DNA of 64,000 nucleotides from a virus, in IMG/VR virus record IMGVR_UViG_3300021426_000094, positions 1-64,000 of that record. The stretch is one strand, 5' to 3'. How positions within the stretch are numbered: position 1 is the first letter of the stretch; every line of letters starts with the position of its first letter. The translations under genes were made by a program, and so were the position numbers. Below the pieces are notes generated by a model. It saw only the letters and a list, made by a program, of their open reading frames with translations. It searched no databases and had not been told where the DNA came from. Below are positions 1 to 10,861 of the stretch, piece by piece.

Positions 1-1184
1 AAAAGTATGACCGATTAACGTCTTCGCACGCTTAGGATGAATGGATATAACATTATCATCTATTGTCTCCATTACCATCATATTATCTAAGTGTTTAATT
101 TCAGCATCTGTTAATCCATCAGTATCTTTTAAATTAAGCTTCCATTCTGATTTCCTTTCAGGTTCAATTACCTGTTCCCCACCAACGGTTCCTGTATAGT
201 ATTCAGCCACAAAATAATACGTTCCATTGATTTCTAATTTGTTATAATCTCTATCTCTAGTTTCCTGATCGACTAAATCTAATTCTAACTCGCCATCTTC
301 ATTGATATGAGCTGTGTAAATATAACTGGTTAAAGTAGTATCTTGAGGTTCAGCTTCTGGAATAACAATTTGCGTTTCGCCTGTATCATCATAATAGTTA
401 CAAATCAACAGTTCTTTGTTATCACGCTTTTCATCCCATTCATCCTGCTTGAGAGTTAAGTTAATAACACCCATAGGATTAAGGTCAACTACTTTCGTAA
501 TTTCATAAACTTTAGGATTTATTTTATTATGAGACATAACAAAACGCTGTTCATGCTCCATATATCGAGTGTCACAAAGATTGAAGCGTTTAAGTCCCTC
601 ATCACCATAAAGATAATGAGTATCAGGCACCCAGCCACTTGTAATGTTATCAAGACCAACTGTATAATCAGCAGCCCAAATACCACTCGTGTATGAGTTA
701 GCGTTCCTGCTACACCCGATAATATGCATTAACTCCATCTTACCATGGACTTTGCATATCCATCTAAAATCCCAATTACACTTTAAAATATTATATCTAA
801 CAAACTGTGCATCATCATTTTTATTAACAATCATCCACAGCTTATTCATATCGAACCCTTCATCTTGAAATGGATCAATAGGCTCAAATTCTTTAAACCC
901 AATATCATCACTCACGTCATCAGGTATAAATACATATAATCCTATTTGATAATGAGTATTAGGTCTAAACTGAAGATAATAGTCAACAGCATCTTTTAAA
1001 ATCGACACTGTTGCGTGTTTAGAATATTTAGCATCTTCATAATGCCATCCTCTTTCAGGATCAAGTATATATACTCGTTTGTATCCTGTATCACCAGTAA
1101 AGGTAGCATTCATGATCATATCTGACTGATTCCGTCTAGCCTGTGACAAATTCCTACCTCTACTGGTCAACATTGATTTATACA
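1..1184 (-). CDS. Hypothetical virion (tail-side) protein, N-terminal ~394 codons. The ORF continues beyond the left edge of the window.
   Basis: A minus-strand ATG at 1184 opens a frame with no stop down to position 1. It is absent from the ORF track only because it is truncated. It lies downstream of the head-completion genes in the late operon. Confidence 0.5.
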
Positions 1185-1206
1185 TATCTTGTGTAATCAA
1201 ACCGCA

Positions 1207-1539
1207 TCAATCCTTTGAATTAATTTTATCCACTAAATTATGCGAGTCTAACACAAACTTTCTATATACTTGATAATCAAACCGCTCAGAACATGCTTCG
1301 TTATAAGCGGCTTGCAGTTTACAACAAATCTCTACAATGGGTTCAGGATAGAAAAGTAATTCGTTCAATCCGTCTATCTCTTTCATTAGATTCACAAAAT
1401 ACTTTTTGAAATCTACATTTGTATATTTATCTGCTGTTTTAGGGTCTTTATAGAGTAATAGCCAAAATAATTTTTTATGGAGTTTTTCTTTAAAATCAGC
1501 AATTTGGGAATCACTGAATGTTCCATAGAGGTATTCCAT
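1207..1539 (-). CDS. Hypothetical protein (head-completion/connector candidate by position)
   Basis: 110-aa ORF. The stop overlaps the next gene's start (ATGA-type coupling). It sits between the major capsid protein and the tail-side gene. Confidence 0.4.
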   Translation of the reverse strand: MEYLYGTFSDSQIADFKEKLHKKLFWLLLYKDPKTADKYTNVDFKKYFVNLMKEIDGLNELLFYPEPIVEICCKLQAAYNEACSERFDYQVYRKFVLDSHNLVDKINSKD

Positions 1540-2105
1540 TAGGATTCACCTCCTCTAAGGAACGATGAAGCTGAAGAACCATCAATATATGAATTATTTG
1601 TAAGTCCTCTATCTCTGATAAGTTTTCTTTGCAGATAAATAGCCTTATCAAGGATTTCATTATTAACGGAATTATGATTAGCTTGTGCATAAAATTTCTC
1701 AGCGCTCGTACCATACATCTGCATCAGATTTACAGTGCTAAACACCAAAGGAGTCATCCACTGGACAATCATTCCATATCCAACTACATCCATAATAAAT
1801 AATTTATCCAAGCTTTCATTAATAGGTCTCACCAATTCATATTCAATATGTCCTTCAATAATAACAGGCTCACCTGTTTCTTCATCTATTACAATCTCTC
1901 CATCTTCGTCCAACTGTTCAGTTGGGTCTACGATAGAAAGACTGTTAAACAATCTGCTTACATACGGATCACTAAGGCTGGAATAAATCAAACCCCATAA
2001 AAATTCATTTCTGTACTCGTCAGTAATCTCTTCTGTAAACAGATTTAAAATCTCCCCCTTCCGAAGAAAGGAGGAGATCAATTCATCGTATGTAATAGTA
2101 GGCAT
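1539..2105 (-). CDS. Hypothetical protein (head-tail joining candidate by position)
   Basis: 188-aa ORF, tightly packed in the late operon. Confidence 0.4.
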   Translation of the reverse strand: MPTITYDELISSFLRKGEILNLFTEEITDEYRNEFLWGLIYSSLSDPYVSRLFNSLSIVDPTEQLDEDGEIVIDEETGEPVIIEGHIEYELVRPINESLDKLFIMDVVGYGMIVQWMTPLVFSTVNLMQMYGTSAEKFYAQANHNSVNNEILDKAIYLQRKLIRDRGLTNNSYIDGSSASSFLRGGES

Positions 2106-2125
2106 GTTAGTTACCTCCTATTTAC

Positions 2126-2692
2126 TTACTGTACATCACTATTCAGTCCAGTCAGAATCGCCAAGTCAGTTCCCCACATGCCATCCAAGGCTCTAATAGT
2201 GGAAATACTGTCAAGTTCACCATTCCTGACCATTTCAGCAGCGATGCTTTTAAGACTGTCTACAACACCAATAGGTAGGTTAGGAATAATAGCCTGAATT
2301 TCCCTTGTCGGTCTTTGAAGCAATTCCCTCAAATCCGATACCGGATAAAGTTTTGTGTAAAATTCTTTCAGTTTAGGAAACTCATCAATAAAATCCTGAT
2401 CCTCGACAACAATCATAGGACGGAACAACAGACTGGTTCCAGCACGCACTTCAGCAACCAAATCCTGATATTCAATCCCAATGATATCGCCCATACCTAA
2501 AAATGTGTAAATCATATTAGTTCTTTTACCAAGAAGATGCGTCTTACCAGTAAGAATAGCCTTGCAAGGAATCCTATCATCAGATGCAAACTTCTTCTTC
2601 TGGGCTGTTTCTTTAACCTCTGGTTCAATCACAACATTCTCAGCAATAGTAGGTGCAGGTATGACCTGCGTTCTTTTAGCACTTCTAGCCAT
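2126..2692 (-). CDS. Hypothetical protein (head-completion candidate by position)
   Basis: 188-aa ORF immediately downstream of the major capsid gene. Confidence 0.4.
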   Translation of the reverse strand: MARSAKRTQVIPAPTIAENVVIEPEVKETAQKKKFASDDRIPCKAILTGKTHLLGKRTNMIYTFLGMGDIIGIEYQDLVAEVRAGTSLLFRPMIVVEDQDFIDEFPKLKEFYTKLYPVSDLRELLQRPTREIQAIIPNLPIGVVDSLKSIAAEMVRNGELDSISTIRALDGMWGTDLAILTGLNSDVQ

Positions 2693-2729
2693 AATTATTT
2701 ACTCCTTTTATTCCATAAAATTAATTTTA

Positions 2730-3833
2730 TCAAGCGGGAAGAGTCCACATACCGAAGTAGCGACCAAGCTGGACGCCGACACCGAAGCCACGGGTCATTT
2801 CATACTTCATAACATCATCCCAACGACCGTTCTCTTCACCCTTCTCGGTGACCTGATAAATCTCGGTCTCACCCTGATCAACAACCTTGACAAACTTATC
2901 TTCCATAACGGGCAGAATAAGCAGAATCTTATCATCAAAAGCTTTCTGAGTCAGGGTCTTGTCAAGGAAACGCTGAGGAATCTCAACCAGTTCAGTACCC
3001 TCATAAGTACCCAGCCTACCAGTATTGGCAACGCTTTCCTTCTGAGACTGTGCTCTCCAATCAACATCAGTCAGAGCATTCAGCTTCTTCAGAGCAGTCT
3101 TTGTACCAACAATAACAGCGGGGCAACCATTGATAGCTTCAACATTAGAAATGATCTCATCAAAGGTGTCCTTAACCAGAGTATTATTACCAATCAGAGT
3201 AGGAGAAGCGGGAAGCTTCTTATATGCATCGCCAAAAGCAGCATAAATCTGATTAATAAGTTCATTCTGGAATGCCTTAGCAACAGCATTAACCAGAGCA
3301 GCCCAATCATCCTGACCTACAAGATAACGGTCAATCTGAGCACCAACAGCAGCACCATAGACTTCCTGTTTAACAGTAAATCTTTCACCTCTGCCAAGTC
3401 TCTGAAGCACGAAATCATGATGCTGACCAGAAACCTTAGCAACACTCAGCAGAGTATCATCATTAGTCACGAACTCAATAACGTCATCATTAGCGATGGA
3501 ACGTCTGTCAACATACTGCATGAAGAAATCATTCTCACGAAGTCCTTCCTCAATCTTCAGGTCAACAACTTCCTCGATAACCTCAAACAGCTCTTCACCA
3601 TGCTTACGCATTGCACGATGCAGAGTGCGTTTAGAGGGCTTCTCTTCATGAATGTCAAGAATCTGATAAACAAACTTTCTCAGCTTGTCATTAGCTTCCT
3701 GCTTGCCAATAATCTTGCCATCATCAACAATATCATTACCCATAGCAAGATCAAACATCAGATTACGAACAGACTCATAAGGAGTCTCCGCAAAGATGCT
3801 TCTCAGATGTTCTGTAGAAAATACCTTAATCAT
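2730..3833 (-). CDS. Major capsid protein candidate
   Basis: 367 aa. Strong RBS (AAAGGAGG) upstream. It follows the decoration/scaffold genes in canonical head-module order. Composition is consistent with an HK97-fold capsid protein. Confidence 0.55.
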   Translation of the reverse strand: MIKVFSTEHLRSIFAETPYESVRNLMFDLAMGNDIVDDGKIIGKQEANDKLRKFVYQILDIHEEKPSKRTLHRAMRKHGEELFEVIEEVVDLKIEEGLRENDFFMQYVDRRSIANDDVIEFVTNDDTLLSVAKVSGQHHDFVLQRLGRGERFTVKQEVYGAAVGAQIDRYLVGQDDWAALVNAVAKAFQNELINQIYAAFGDAYKKLPASPTLIGNNTLVKDTFDEIISNVEAINGCPAVIVGTKTALKKLNALTDVDWRAQSQKESVANTGRLGTYEGTELVEIPQRFLDKTLTQKAFDDKILLILPVMEDKFVKVVDQGETEIYQVTEKGEENGRWDDVMKYEMTRGFGVGVQLGRYFGMWTLPA

Positions 3834-3860
3834 ATCGCTTTATCCTCCTTTCTTAGTCTA

Positions 3861-4328
3861 TTACGCTGCAACGACATACTTGCCGTCTGCAAAAGAAACT
3901 GCCTTGCCAACAGCGGGTTCGCCTTGGAATCCCTCAACAGACATCTCAAAGATATCGCCCTTAACCAGAGAATAACCCTTAACCACGTCACCCTTTTTGT
4001 TCACCCATGCCTTAGGGTCAAGGGTCTGAGGAATAGCCTCATAAGGGGAAATCTCAGGCATCAGAATCCAAAGTGCCTCTGTAGCATCAGTAACCTCAAC
4101 ATACCAATTACCATTAGCAGCCTGCTCAACAATCTTACCTGCAAAAGTATTAGGAGCAGCCGCTTCTTTGTAAGTACCAAGCTTAATATATTCACCACGA
4201 CCAACCAGAACGCCATTGTCATGATCAGCAGTCAGCTCGATATCAAAAATATGTCCACCGCCATTAGCCGCAAGCAGCCTAGAGGGGAACGCTTCATTGT
4301 GTGTAAAAGTGAAAGCAATATCAATCAT
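3861..4328 (-). CDS. Head decoration-like protein candidate
   Basis: 155 aa, Gly/Ala-rich small protein between the scaffold/protease gene and the capsid gene. RBS present. Confidence 0.35.
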   Translation of the reverse strand: MIDIAFTFTHNEAFPSRLLAANGGGHIFDIELTADHDNGVLVGRGEYIKLGTYKEAAAPNTFAGKIVEQAANGNWYVEVTDATEALWILMPEISPYEAIPQTLDPKAWVNKKGDVVKGYSLVKGDIFEMSVEGFQGEPAVGKAVSFADGKYVVAA

Positions 4329-4363
4329 AGCTTTAAATCTCCTTTCTATAAATTTAATTTAAA

Positions 4364-6028
4364 TTAGTCAAAGATATTTCCATATCTCTTACTGGTTTCA
4401 GCACTCTTTCCTTCAGGAACTCTGAAGAAAGAGAATGTATGCTGATTAGTATCTTTTGAAACATGCTCTTTCTTACTATTATTCTTAATATAAGAGAGCA
4501 GAAGAGCATCGCATTTAGCCTGAATCTCATCAGCAGAGAATTCAGTGACCTTTTCCTTAATCTGTGCAAACTCAGCAGAATCAGAAATCAGTTTCCATTC
4601 GTCAGAATTAATAATCTCTTCTTTACGGGAATCTTCAGCGGCTTTCTGATACTTAGCCAGTTCTTCAGATACAGCAGAATACTTAGAGCGAATATTTTCA
4701 ATCTCGGCCTCTTCAGTGTCTGTCACATAAATTGCATGCACAGGAACTCTGTCACCCTTGAGAGAGAACACGCCAGCACGCTCACTATAAGCTTGACGAT
4801 AAGCAGAACCAGCCCATACATCAACCATTACAAGTTCTTTGTCATAAACAAGAACACTGTAATAAGCATTATCAGATTCAGAGTAAGTATCATTTACCAG
4901 TGTACCAAGCGCATAAATCTTATCATTCAGAGACACAGCAAACTCTTTGCCATTAACACTGTAAGTAATAGAATTCTCGACCTTCTTAACGGGTTCATCA
5001 TCCTGAACAGCTGGAGTCTCTTCTTGCAGCTCAGTCTCAGATTCCTCAACTTCAGGCTCGGTGTCTTCCTCTTCAGCTTCAGGCTCGTTGTCAGCTTCAG
5101 CCTCACCACCTTCAGCAGAATCAGAATCAGCTTCATCTTCAAAATTCGATTCAGGAGCAGGATCGGCCTCAGCGCTACCAAACATCTCTTCGAATTTAGC
5201 TTTCAGCTCTTCATCTGTCAGATTCTCATGCTCAAATGTGACATCTTCAGCAGTTACATTGTACTGTTCTAAAAGTTGCTCAAATAAGCCCATTTCATCT
5301 TTTCCTCCTTTCATAGAATTTTGATCTATCTCAAATGTGGCTTTATCCACATTGAAATTTAATAAAGATATGTTAGCACCTTCCATAGCTGGCTCAACTA
5401 CAGAGCCATCTTCATAATAACCAAGAATTGTGATTCCCTTAAATACAAAATCATCAATATTTAATATCTTTTCCTTGGCATCATATGAAAAATCATAGAC
5501 ATCAATTTCAACAGACACTGGGCACTTCCCTTCGGCGTCCATTAAAATGTCAGGTGCCTTTGTATAACCCTCATAAAGATAAGCATCAGTTTCAATATAT
5601 TCCTTATCATTATCAGCGTCATAAACTAATTCAGGCTTTGCATCGGCAGGAACATGACCAACAGGAATCTCGTCATATACGACTTCTCCATTATCACCTT
5701 CATGCATTGCATGCCAACCAAATACATTCTTTTCTTCTCCATCGATTTCCAACTGGTGAATGTACGCTAAAATAGGTCGATTCTTAATACTCTTGAGATT
5801 CTTCTTCATAGAATTATAAGTGATCTGACTTCTATTTCTATTCTTACCAACATGGGCAGCTTGCAGATGCGCCCTTACAAGACCATCTTTAGACGTGTCA
5901 TTGCTAAAAGACAGCGATCCCTCAAGACCGACTGCTACAAATGAGGCACCAAACTCATCTTTAGAAAATTTAAGATTGGTTCCCTTATTTACTAAATAAT
6001 CATAAAAAGCATCTATACTAATAAACAT
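4364..6028 (-). CDS. Putative prohead protease / scaffold fusion protein (highly acidic middle, coiled-coil C-terminus)
   Basis: The start was reset to MFISID (AAGGGG RBS). The track's earlier ATG overlaps the upstream gene. A ~70-aa stretch of D/E/A/S/P (EADPAPESNFEDEADSDSAEGGEAEADNEPEAEEEDTEPEVEESETE) is followed by helical K/E-rich segments typical of scaffolds. It sits between the portal and capsid genes. Confidence 0.4.
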   Translation of the reverse strand: MFISIDAFYDYLVNKGTNLKFSKDEFGASFVAVGLEGSLSFSNDTSKDGLVRAHLQAAHVGKNRNRSQITYNSMKKNLKSIKNRPILAYIHQLEIDGEEKNVFGWHAMHEGDNGEVVYDEIPVGHVPADAKPELVYDADNDKEYIETDAYLYEGYTKAPDILMDAEGKCPVSVEIDVYDFSYDAKEKILNIDDFVFKGITILGYYEDGSVVEPAMEGANISLLNFNVDKATFEIDQNSMKGGKDEMGLFEQLLEQYNVTAEDVTFEHENLTDEELKAKFEEMFGSAEADPAPESNFEDEADSDSAEGGEAEADNEPEAEEEDTEPEVEESETELQEETPAVQDDEPVKKVENSITYSVNGKEFAVSLNDKIYALGTLVNDTYSESDNAYYSVLVYDKELVMVDVWAGSAYRQAYSERAGVFSLKGDRVPVHAIYVTDTEEAEIENIRSKYSAVSEELAKYQKAAEDSRKEEIINSDEWKLISDSAEFAQIKEKVTEFSADEIQAKCDALLLSYIKNNSKKEHVSKDTNQHTFSFFRVPEGKSAETSKRYGNIFD

Positions 6029-6039
6029 AACACACCCCC

Positions 6040-6228
6040 TTACAGACATACCGTTCTTGAGAAGGTGCATTTATCTACAGGGACAGTACTGAACTCCCCA
6101 TTTTCAAAACGACCTATATTAACAAATACAAACTGGCTTCCCTCTTTCTCCATTTCAGGATAACCAGCTTGTCTAAATAACTCAGCCACCTCTTCATCAG
6201 AGGTTTTAATAAACGGCATTTTTTCCAT
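6040..6228 (-). CDS. Small hypothetical protein
   Basis: 62-aa ORF between the portal and the protease/scaffold gene. Confidence 0.3.
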   Translation of the reverse strand: MEKMPFIKTSDEEVAELFRQAGYPEMEKEGSQFVFVNIGRFENGEFSTVPVDKCTFSRTVCL

Positions 6229-6243
6229 TTTTGAAACCTCCTT

Positions 6244-7836
6244 TTATTCGTTTGATCTGTCTCTTTTTTCTCTTGAAATTTCCCCGTCATTGCTCAAATC
6301 TGAGTCGTCAGACTCTGGTCTACCAACCTCACCATCACTATTACCAGAGGACGTATGACTAGATGCAAGAGGACTATTAAACTTTTCAGACAGACCAAGA
6401 ATATTTTCTTCAAGATAATTAGTAGCTAATGACTCATATTCACTAATGCCATTGAGCGCATTAAGTGCAAGTTTTACAGGAAGACCATAAGTACCATTCT
6501 CCAGTAATTCTTTCCTAAAGTCCTCTTTTGTATAAGCACTAATAGGGAAGAACACTACTTTACAAGGTGTACTCAGATTATAAGTTGCATATCTATTAAC
6601 CCATCCCTGAGTCTGTCCAAGTAAAGAACTGATTGCCAATTCTGTATCAACCTTCATTGCCAGTTTCAGACCAGTTGTACCTGTAATAGATATACTATTC
6701 AGTACTTGTCCACCCATACCAGAATTAAGTACATTTTCTGTAGCTTTAGTAACTTTATTGCTATTAGTCGTAGCATCATTATCACTAAATCCAATGGTAT
6801 TTAATTTTCCGGGCACAATAGCAGCAGAAGTATAATCAGGTAATGCCTCTTCACACATTCTATTAAAGTATTGAATAATAATCTCAGGATCAACTTTCCA
6901 GTCGTCTATATTTTTACTGCCAGAGATAGTTTCCATCTCTAACCAGATTAACTTATAAATATCCTGTTCATCTGCAATAGCTTGAAAATCTTTAACATCT
7001 TCCAGATTAATTAATTCTGCAAATAAACCAGAATAATATGGGACAATAACTCTCCAGTCTTCAGTATTTAATTTTAAACATACAGTATATTCTTCTGGAA
7101 ATATCTGCCATCTAAAATCATCACCACCAGATTCATACTGACGATACATACTTTCAAAAGGTTCACCCCAATACTCTAATAAATAATTATAAGTTCCTGT
7201 AAAATATGACATGTCCATAGCAAAGGCGAAATCACCACTTGCAAATCTACCCGCAATCCTACAATAATCGGGATCAAGTGGAAGAATAAATAAGCCATTA
7301 TCGTCATAATATGCGCAACCATAAAATACATCCTGAAGAAAACAGATAAGATATATCATTAAGAATTTCTGTTGAAGATCGAGACTATCAATAAATTTAG
7401 CTGTTTCAGCATATTCTTTTAATATCTTCTTATCATTTTGTGTATTAGCAGTTACATCATAATTTGGTATAATGCGCCTTGCATCCAATTCAAACATAGT
7501 CGCATTATAATTAATAAGTTTCTTATACATCTGTGACCTATAATAAAGATACCAAGAAAGATTCCTGAGGTTCTTTTCATTATTACTGATATTCTTTAAA
7601 TAAGTAAGAAGTTTTTCCTTATTAAACGTAGGAATTGCTTTTCTGGTATTCTTAGTCACATCTGTAATTTGTTTAAATGAATTCTCAGCAGCTTCGAAAT
7701 TCTTTATCTTATTATAATTATCATTATAAAAAGACTGTAATTCTGAAACTGTCTTTACTCCATGCTGAGTATTAATTGACTCTCGTGTCTGGGCTGTGCT
7801 CGACACATTGCGATTTTTTCTTCTTTTACGTGCCAT
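6244..7836 (-). CDS. Portal protein candidate
   Basis: About 530 aa. The start was reset to MARKRRKNRN (GAGGAGG RBS just after the terminase stop). It lies directly downstream of the large terminase. Confidence 0.5.
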   Translation of the reverse strand: MARKRRKNRNVSSTAQTRESINTQHGVKTVSELQSFYNDNYNKIKNFEAAENSFKQITDVTKNTRKAIPTFNKEKLLTYLKNISNNEKNLRNLSWYLYYRSQMYKKLINYNATMFELDARRIIPNYDVTANTQNDKKILKEYAETAKFIDSLDLQQKFLMIYLICFLQDVFYGCAYYDDNGLFILPLDPDYCRIAGRFASGDFAFAMDMSYFTGTYNYLLEYWGEPFESMYRQYESGGDDFRWQIFPEEYTVCLKLNTEDWRVIVPYYSGLFAELINLEDVKDFQAIADEQDIYKLIWLEMETISGSKNIDDWKVDPEIIIQYFNRMCEEALPDYTSAAIVPGKLNTIGFSDNDATTNSNKVTKATENVLNSGMGGQVLNSISITGTTGLKLAMKVDTELAISSLLGQTQGWVNRYATYNLSTPCKVVFFPISAYTKEDFRKELLENGTYGLPVKLALNALNGISEYESLATNYLEENILGLSEKFNSPLASSHTSSGNSDGEVGRPESDDSDLSNDGEISREKRDRSNE

Positions 7837-7846
7837 ATGCACCTCC

Positions 7847-9625
7847 TCAAATAACTCTATTATTTCTTGTACGTCCTCTTCTAATAGGAAGACTATATAC
7901 AAGCTGTTCCACATCAGATATATTAGGTTTTAATTGCAATTCTAATTGTTTCATGCACCAGTAATTATATGACAGAGAAGAGTAACGGTCTTTTCGATTG
8001 CCTTTAGTTTCATATACTTTAAGCTTGCCATCTTTATAGTAGCCTTTTAATTTTACCAACTCAAAAATGGCGGCAGATGTTTCTGCATAAGACTTTAATA
8101 GTTCACTCTTTTCATATACGGTTAATTTCTTATACCCCTTAAACTCTTTAGAAAGATATATTTCCGCATCATTCTCAGATACTAAGAAATCAACATTGCC
8201 ATTCTGGATTGCGTTACGGAGTAAGAGGCAATAAACACTGTTGGAATCAGCCGTTGCTTTTACGGAATAAATAACTTTTTTGGCATCTCTAACTTTACAA
8301 CGTTGTGCCATTTCATCATTATTACAACAATTTAAAGCTTTATATGTTTCACCTGTTTCTGGATCATATTGGTCTTTTACTAAGAAATCAAAAGTAGAAA
8401 GACCCACTCCGTTGGTATCGATGACCATGTATGTACAATGGTATTGATAAAAATACCTCATTACAATAATACCCAATTCATCAGACGTCAGTCCCTCAAA
8501 TGTTTGTCCAAACACAAAATGTGCTTTATATTTTGTATCTGTTGTTCTGATAGCATCATTAATATATATAGCAGAAGCATCATTCCGTTTCTTTTTAGTT
8601 GAAGCCATAAGTGCTATATCAACTGATAATATGCGCTCTCCATTTCTAGGAGCTGATGGTACAGGATTATCTTTAGAGTAAAACTTCAAAGGTAGTAGTC
8701 CTTTTTTATTTACTCTAAGTCGGGTAGCTTCATCAAAACTAAATACACCACCTTCATTATCACCATACCAAAAACAATCATCTTCCATATGAAAAGCAAC
8801 TTCATCAAAATCGTCTTCTGACATACGGTCTTCAACTTCATCTCTCATCAATAATCCTTCAAGAATAGATATCTGATAAGGAAGACCACAAACAAAATAT
8901 TTTCTTTTTGGATTAATAAAATTTTTAAAATACGCTAAAAACTTATCATAACCCCAGCTTGATTTTAACCACGCAGAAGACATGTATATTTCTTTATTAC
9001 GTTCTTGAAGATGGGAATATTCTGGTTTACTAAGGTAGCCCGGTGATCGAGGGGCTTTCAAAAATTCACGAATAACACTATCAATAATACGTTTATCTGT
9101 TTTAACGTATTCGTCTACTATAATAATATTACAGTGAGCGGAACGTGCATTGTCTGTACTAGTAGTTATTTTAATCCAACTATCATTTTTAAAATATACT
9201 GAACCGTCATTCTGCCCTATACTGATTTTAGCTATTTCATTTCTTAAAAAGCTGCTTTGGGGACAAAATTCATCTCTAATTTTTAGCAACGATTCAGCGG
9301 CCTGTTTTAGTACAGGTGCTGTTATTATAACTTTAGAACCGGGATATAAAATACAATATATTGTTGCCACGAGTGCAACTAACATAGTTTTGCCTTGACC
9401 CCTTGCGGCTAAGTAGAGGACGTAATTATTATGCATCATTGCCCATAATAATAATTCCTGAAACCATCGCAACCGAATAGTTTTAAATTGTAACACATCC
9501 TTTACAAATCTTTGTGGATTTGCTCGATAATACCCAGCACGCCAAGCAATGGTTTTCATTAATTTGTTATGCTTTTCTTCTTTAACTTCATCTATACTTC
9601 TAGTTTCTTCTATAAATTCAGCCAT
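7847..9625 (-). CDS. terL: Terminase large subunit
   Basis: 592 aa. A Walker A-like motif (LAARGQGKT) and a Walker B motif (NIIIVDEY) are present. A C-terminal nuclease-sized domain follows, and the gene lies upstream of the portal. Confidence 0.8.
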   Translation of the reverse strand: MAEFIEETRSIDEVKEEKHNKLMKTIAWRAGYYRANPQRFVKDVLQFKTIRLRWFQELLLWAMMHNNYVLYLAARGQGKTMLVALVATIYCILYPGSKVIITAPVLKQAAESLLKIRDEFCPQSSFLRNEIAKISIGQNDGSVYFKNDSWIKITTSTDNARSAHCNIIIVDEYVKTDKRIIDSVIREFLKAPRSPGYLSKPEYSHLQERNKEIYMSSAWLKSSWGYDKFLAYFKNFINPKRKYFVCGLPYQISILEGLLMRDEVEDRMSEDDFDEVAFHMEDDCFWYGDNEGGVFSFDEATRLRVNKKGLLPLKFYSKDNPVPSAPRNGERILSVDIALMASTKKKRNDASAIYINDAIRTTDTKYKAHFVFGQTFEGLTSDELGIIVMRYFYQYHCTYMVIDTNGVGLSTFDFLVKDQYDPETGETYKALNCCNNDEMAQRCKVRDAKKVIYSVKATADSNSVYCLLLRNAIQNGNVDFLVSENDAEIYLSKEFKGYKKLTVYEKSELLKSYAETSAAIFELVKLKGYYKDGKLKVYETKGNRKDRYSSLSYNYWCMKQLELQLKPNISDVEQLVYSLPIRRGRTRNNRVI

Positions 9626-10722
9626 TATTCATCATCCGATTCAAATTCTTGAGCCATTTTATTTCCGAAAATTTCGTCAAAAATAGCTTCTGTATCATCG
9701 CCCTCTTCATATTCAGGACGTGTCACAGTAAATTTGCCAATAAATCTTTCATATATAGAAGAAAAAGCATTTTTTAAATTAAGCATTTTAGCCAAGTGTC
9801 CTTTAAAGAACACATCAATTAACAAACCAATCCTATCCACATCAGCCCATTCACCCTCTGGTTCAGGAATTGGTTTTTCCATCTCCCAAGCTTTAATCAA
9901 TTCACCAAAACTTTTTTGATCAGTCATAGCATCAGTAGAATTCTGTGTGGGTTTAATTCCTAAACTTGTCATAATATCCTGACAAGATTTAATAGCATCT
10001 TTAGGATCTGACCCCTCTTTAGCTAATTGTCTGGCTCTCATATCTTGTATGCACAACTGTTCAAACAAAACCTCTTGAGCCTTAGCTTCGGCAGGATATC
10101 TGGACACCCAGTCTTCATAAGCACTTTCAAGTTGATATAGTTCTTCAGCAGAATAAGCGCCAAATCTTTTACGACCACGTTTAATTATCTCTTGGTCTTC
10201 ATCGACTATATCAATCCTATCTGGTTGCTTAGTAACAAGCTTTTCACCCCATTCAGAGTTCTCCCATGTTTTATCTTTATATGCTGGGAAACTATTTATC
10301 TGAGTCATATATCTTTGGAATGGCATCATTTTTGCTTTACCAGAATCATTAGATTCTTCATTGTTATATGCATTAACACAACTGATATATAAACTTTCAA
10401 TAAAAGGTCTATCCATTTTCCGTAAAACTCTTTGGACAGACAATTTAGTCTCTTTAGGCTGATCCGTGGGCTTCTCTATATTCTCTGCATCTCTAAAGAC
10501 ACACTCTTTACAATATGGATAAAACCCATGTATTGTATTTCTATCTGCATAAAAGTTTTCTCTCTTTGCAGATTTTAATCGTCCACAAGAAGGACACACC
10601 AAATCATCACATTTCGTGATTCTTGTATAGCGTTCTGCAAGAGCATTATATTCGTTTCGCAAATCGCCCACTCTCATTTTTTTTACAGCTTCTTGGCTCT
10701 TAACCTCACGAAGATAAGCCAT
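9625..10722 (-). CDS. Zn-ribbon protein, possible small terminase or DNA-binding partner
   Basis: 365 aa. A CPSCG...CKEC zinc-ribbon is present. Its stop overlaps the terL start. Confidence 0.3.
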   Translation of the reverse strand: MAYLREVKSQEAVKKMRVGDLRNEYNALAERYTRITKCDDLVCPSCGRLKSAKRENFYADRNTIHGFYPYCKECVFRDAENIEKPTDQPKETKLSVQRVLRKMDRPFIESLYISCVNAYNNEESNDSGKAKMMPFQRYMTQINSFPAYKDKTWENSEWGEKLVTKQPDRIDIVDEDQEIIKRGRKRFGAYSAEELYQLESAYEDWVSRYPAEAKAQEVLFEQLCIQDMRARQLAKEGSDPKDAIKSCQDIMTSLGIKPTQNSTDAMTDQKSFGELIKAWEMEKPIPEPEGEWADVDRIGLLIDVFFKGHLAKMLNLKNAFSSIYERFIGKFTVTRPEYEEGDDTEAIFDEIFGNKMAQEFESDDE

Positions 10723-10774
10723 GCAATCACCTTCCTTTTTTATCTGTTTGATTCATTAAAAGTTACATACGAAA

Positions 10775-10851
10775 TAACGGGAGGGGGATTTGAACCCCCG
10801 AATCTCTAGCCCATGAAGCTAGTGAGTTAAACCGAACTTCTCCATCCCGCG
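10775..10851 (-). tRNA. tRNA-Met(CAT) type. It could be elongator Met, initiator-like, or a lysidine Ile2-type tRNA.
   Basis: The minus-strand read gives a cloverleaf with a GGGGG/TTCAAAT/CCCCC T-arm. The anticodon stem is CTAGC/GCTAG with loop TTCATGG, so the anticodon is CAT. The acceptor stem is GCGGGA/TCCCGT with a C1-U72 mismatch. No CCA is encoded. Confidence 0.75.
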
Positions 10852-10861
10852 ATATAATAAA

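Noticed and set aside
2562-4367. 601-aa plus-strand ORF antisense to the capsid and decoration genes
   Set aside because: It is a low-complexity, S/N/L/I-rich translation of the antisense strand of well-supported late genes. It has no RBS and it overlaps three minus-strand genes that have strong RBSs.
4463-5324. Plus-strand ORFs (269 aa and 87 aa) and a minus-strand 84-aa ORF inside the protease/scaffold gene
   Set aside because: The repetitive acidic-tract DNA gives long open frames in other phases. No independent start signals were seen.
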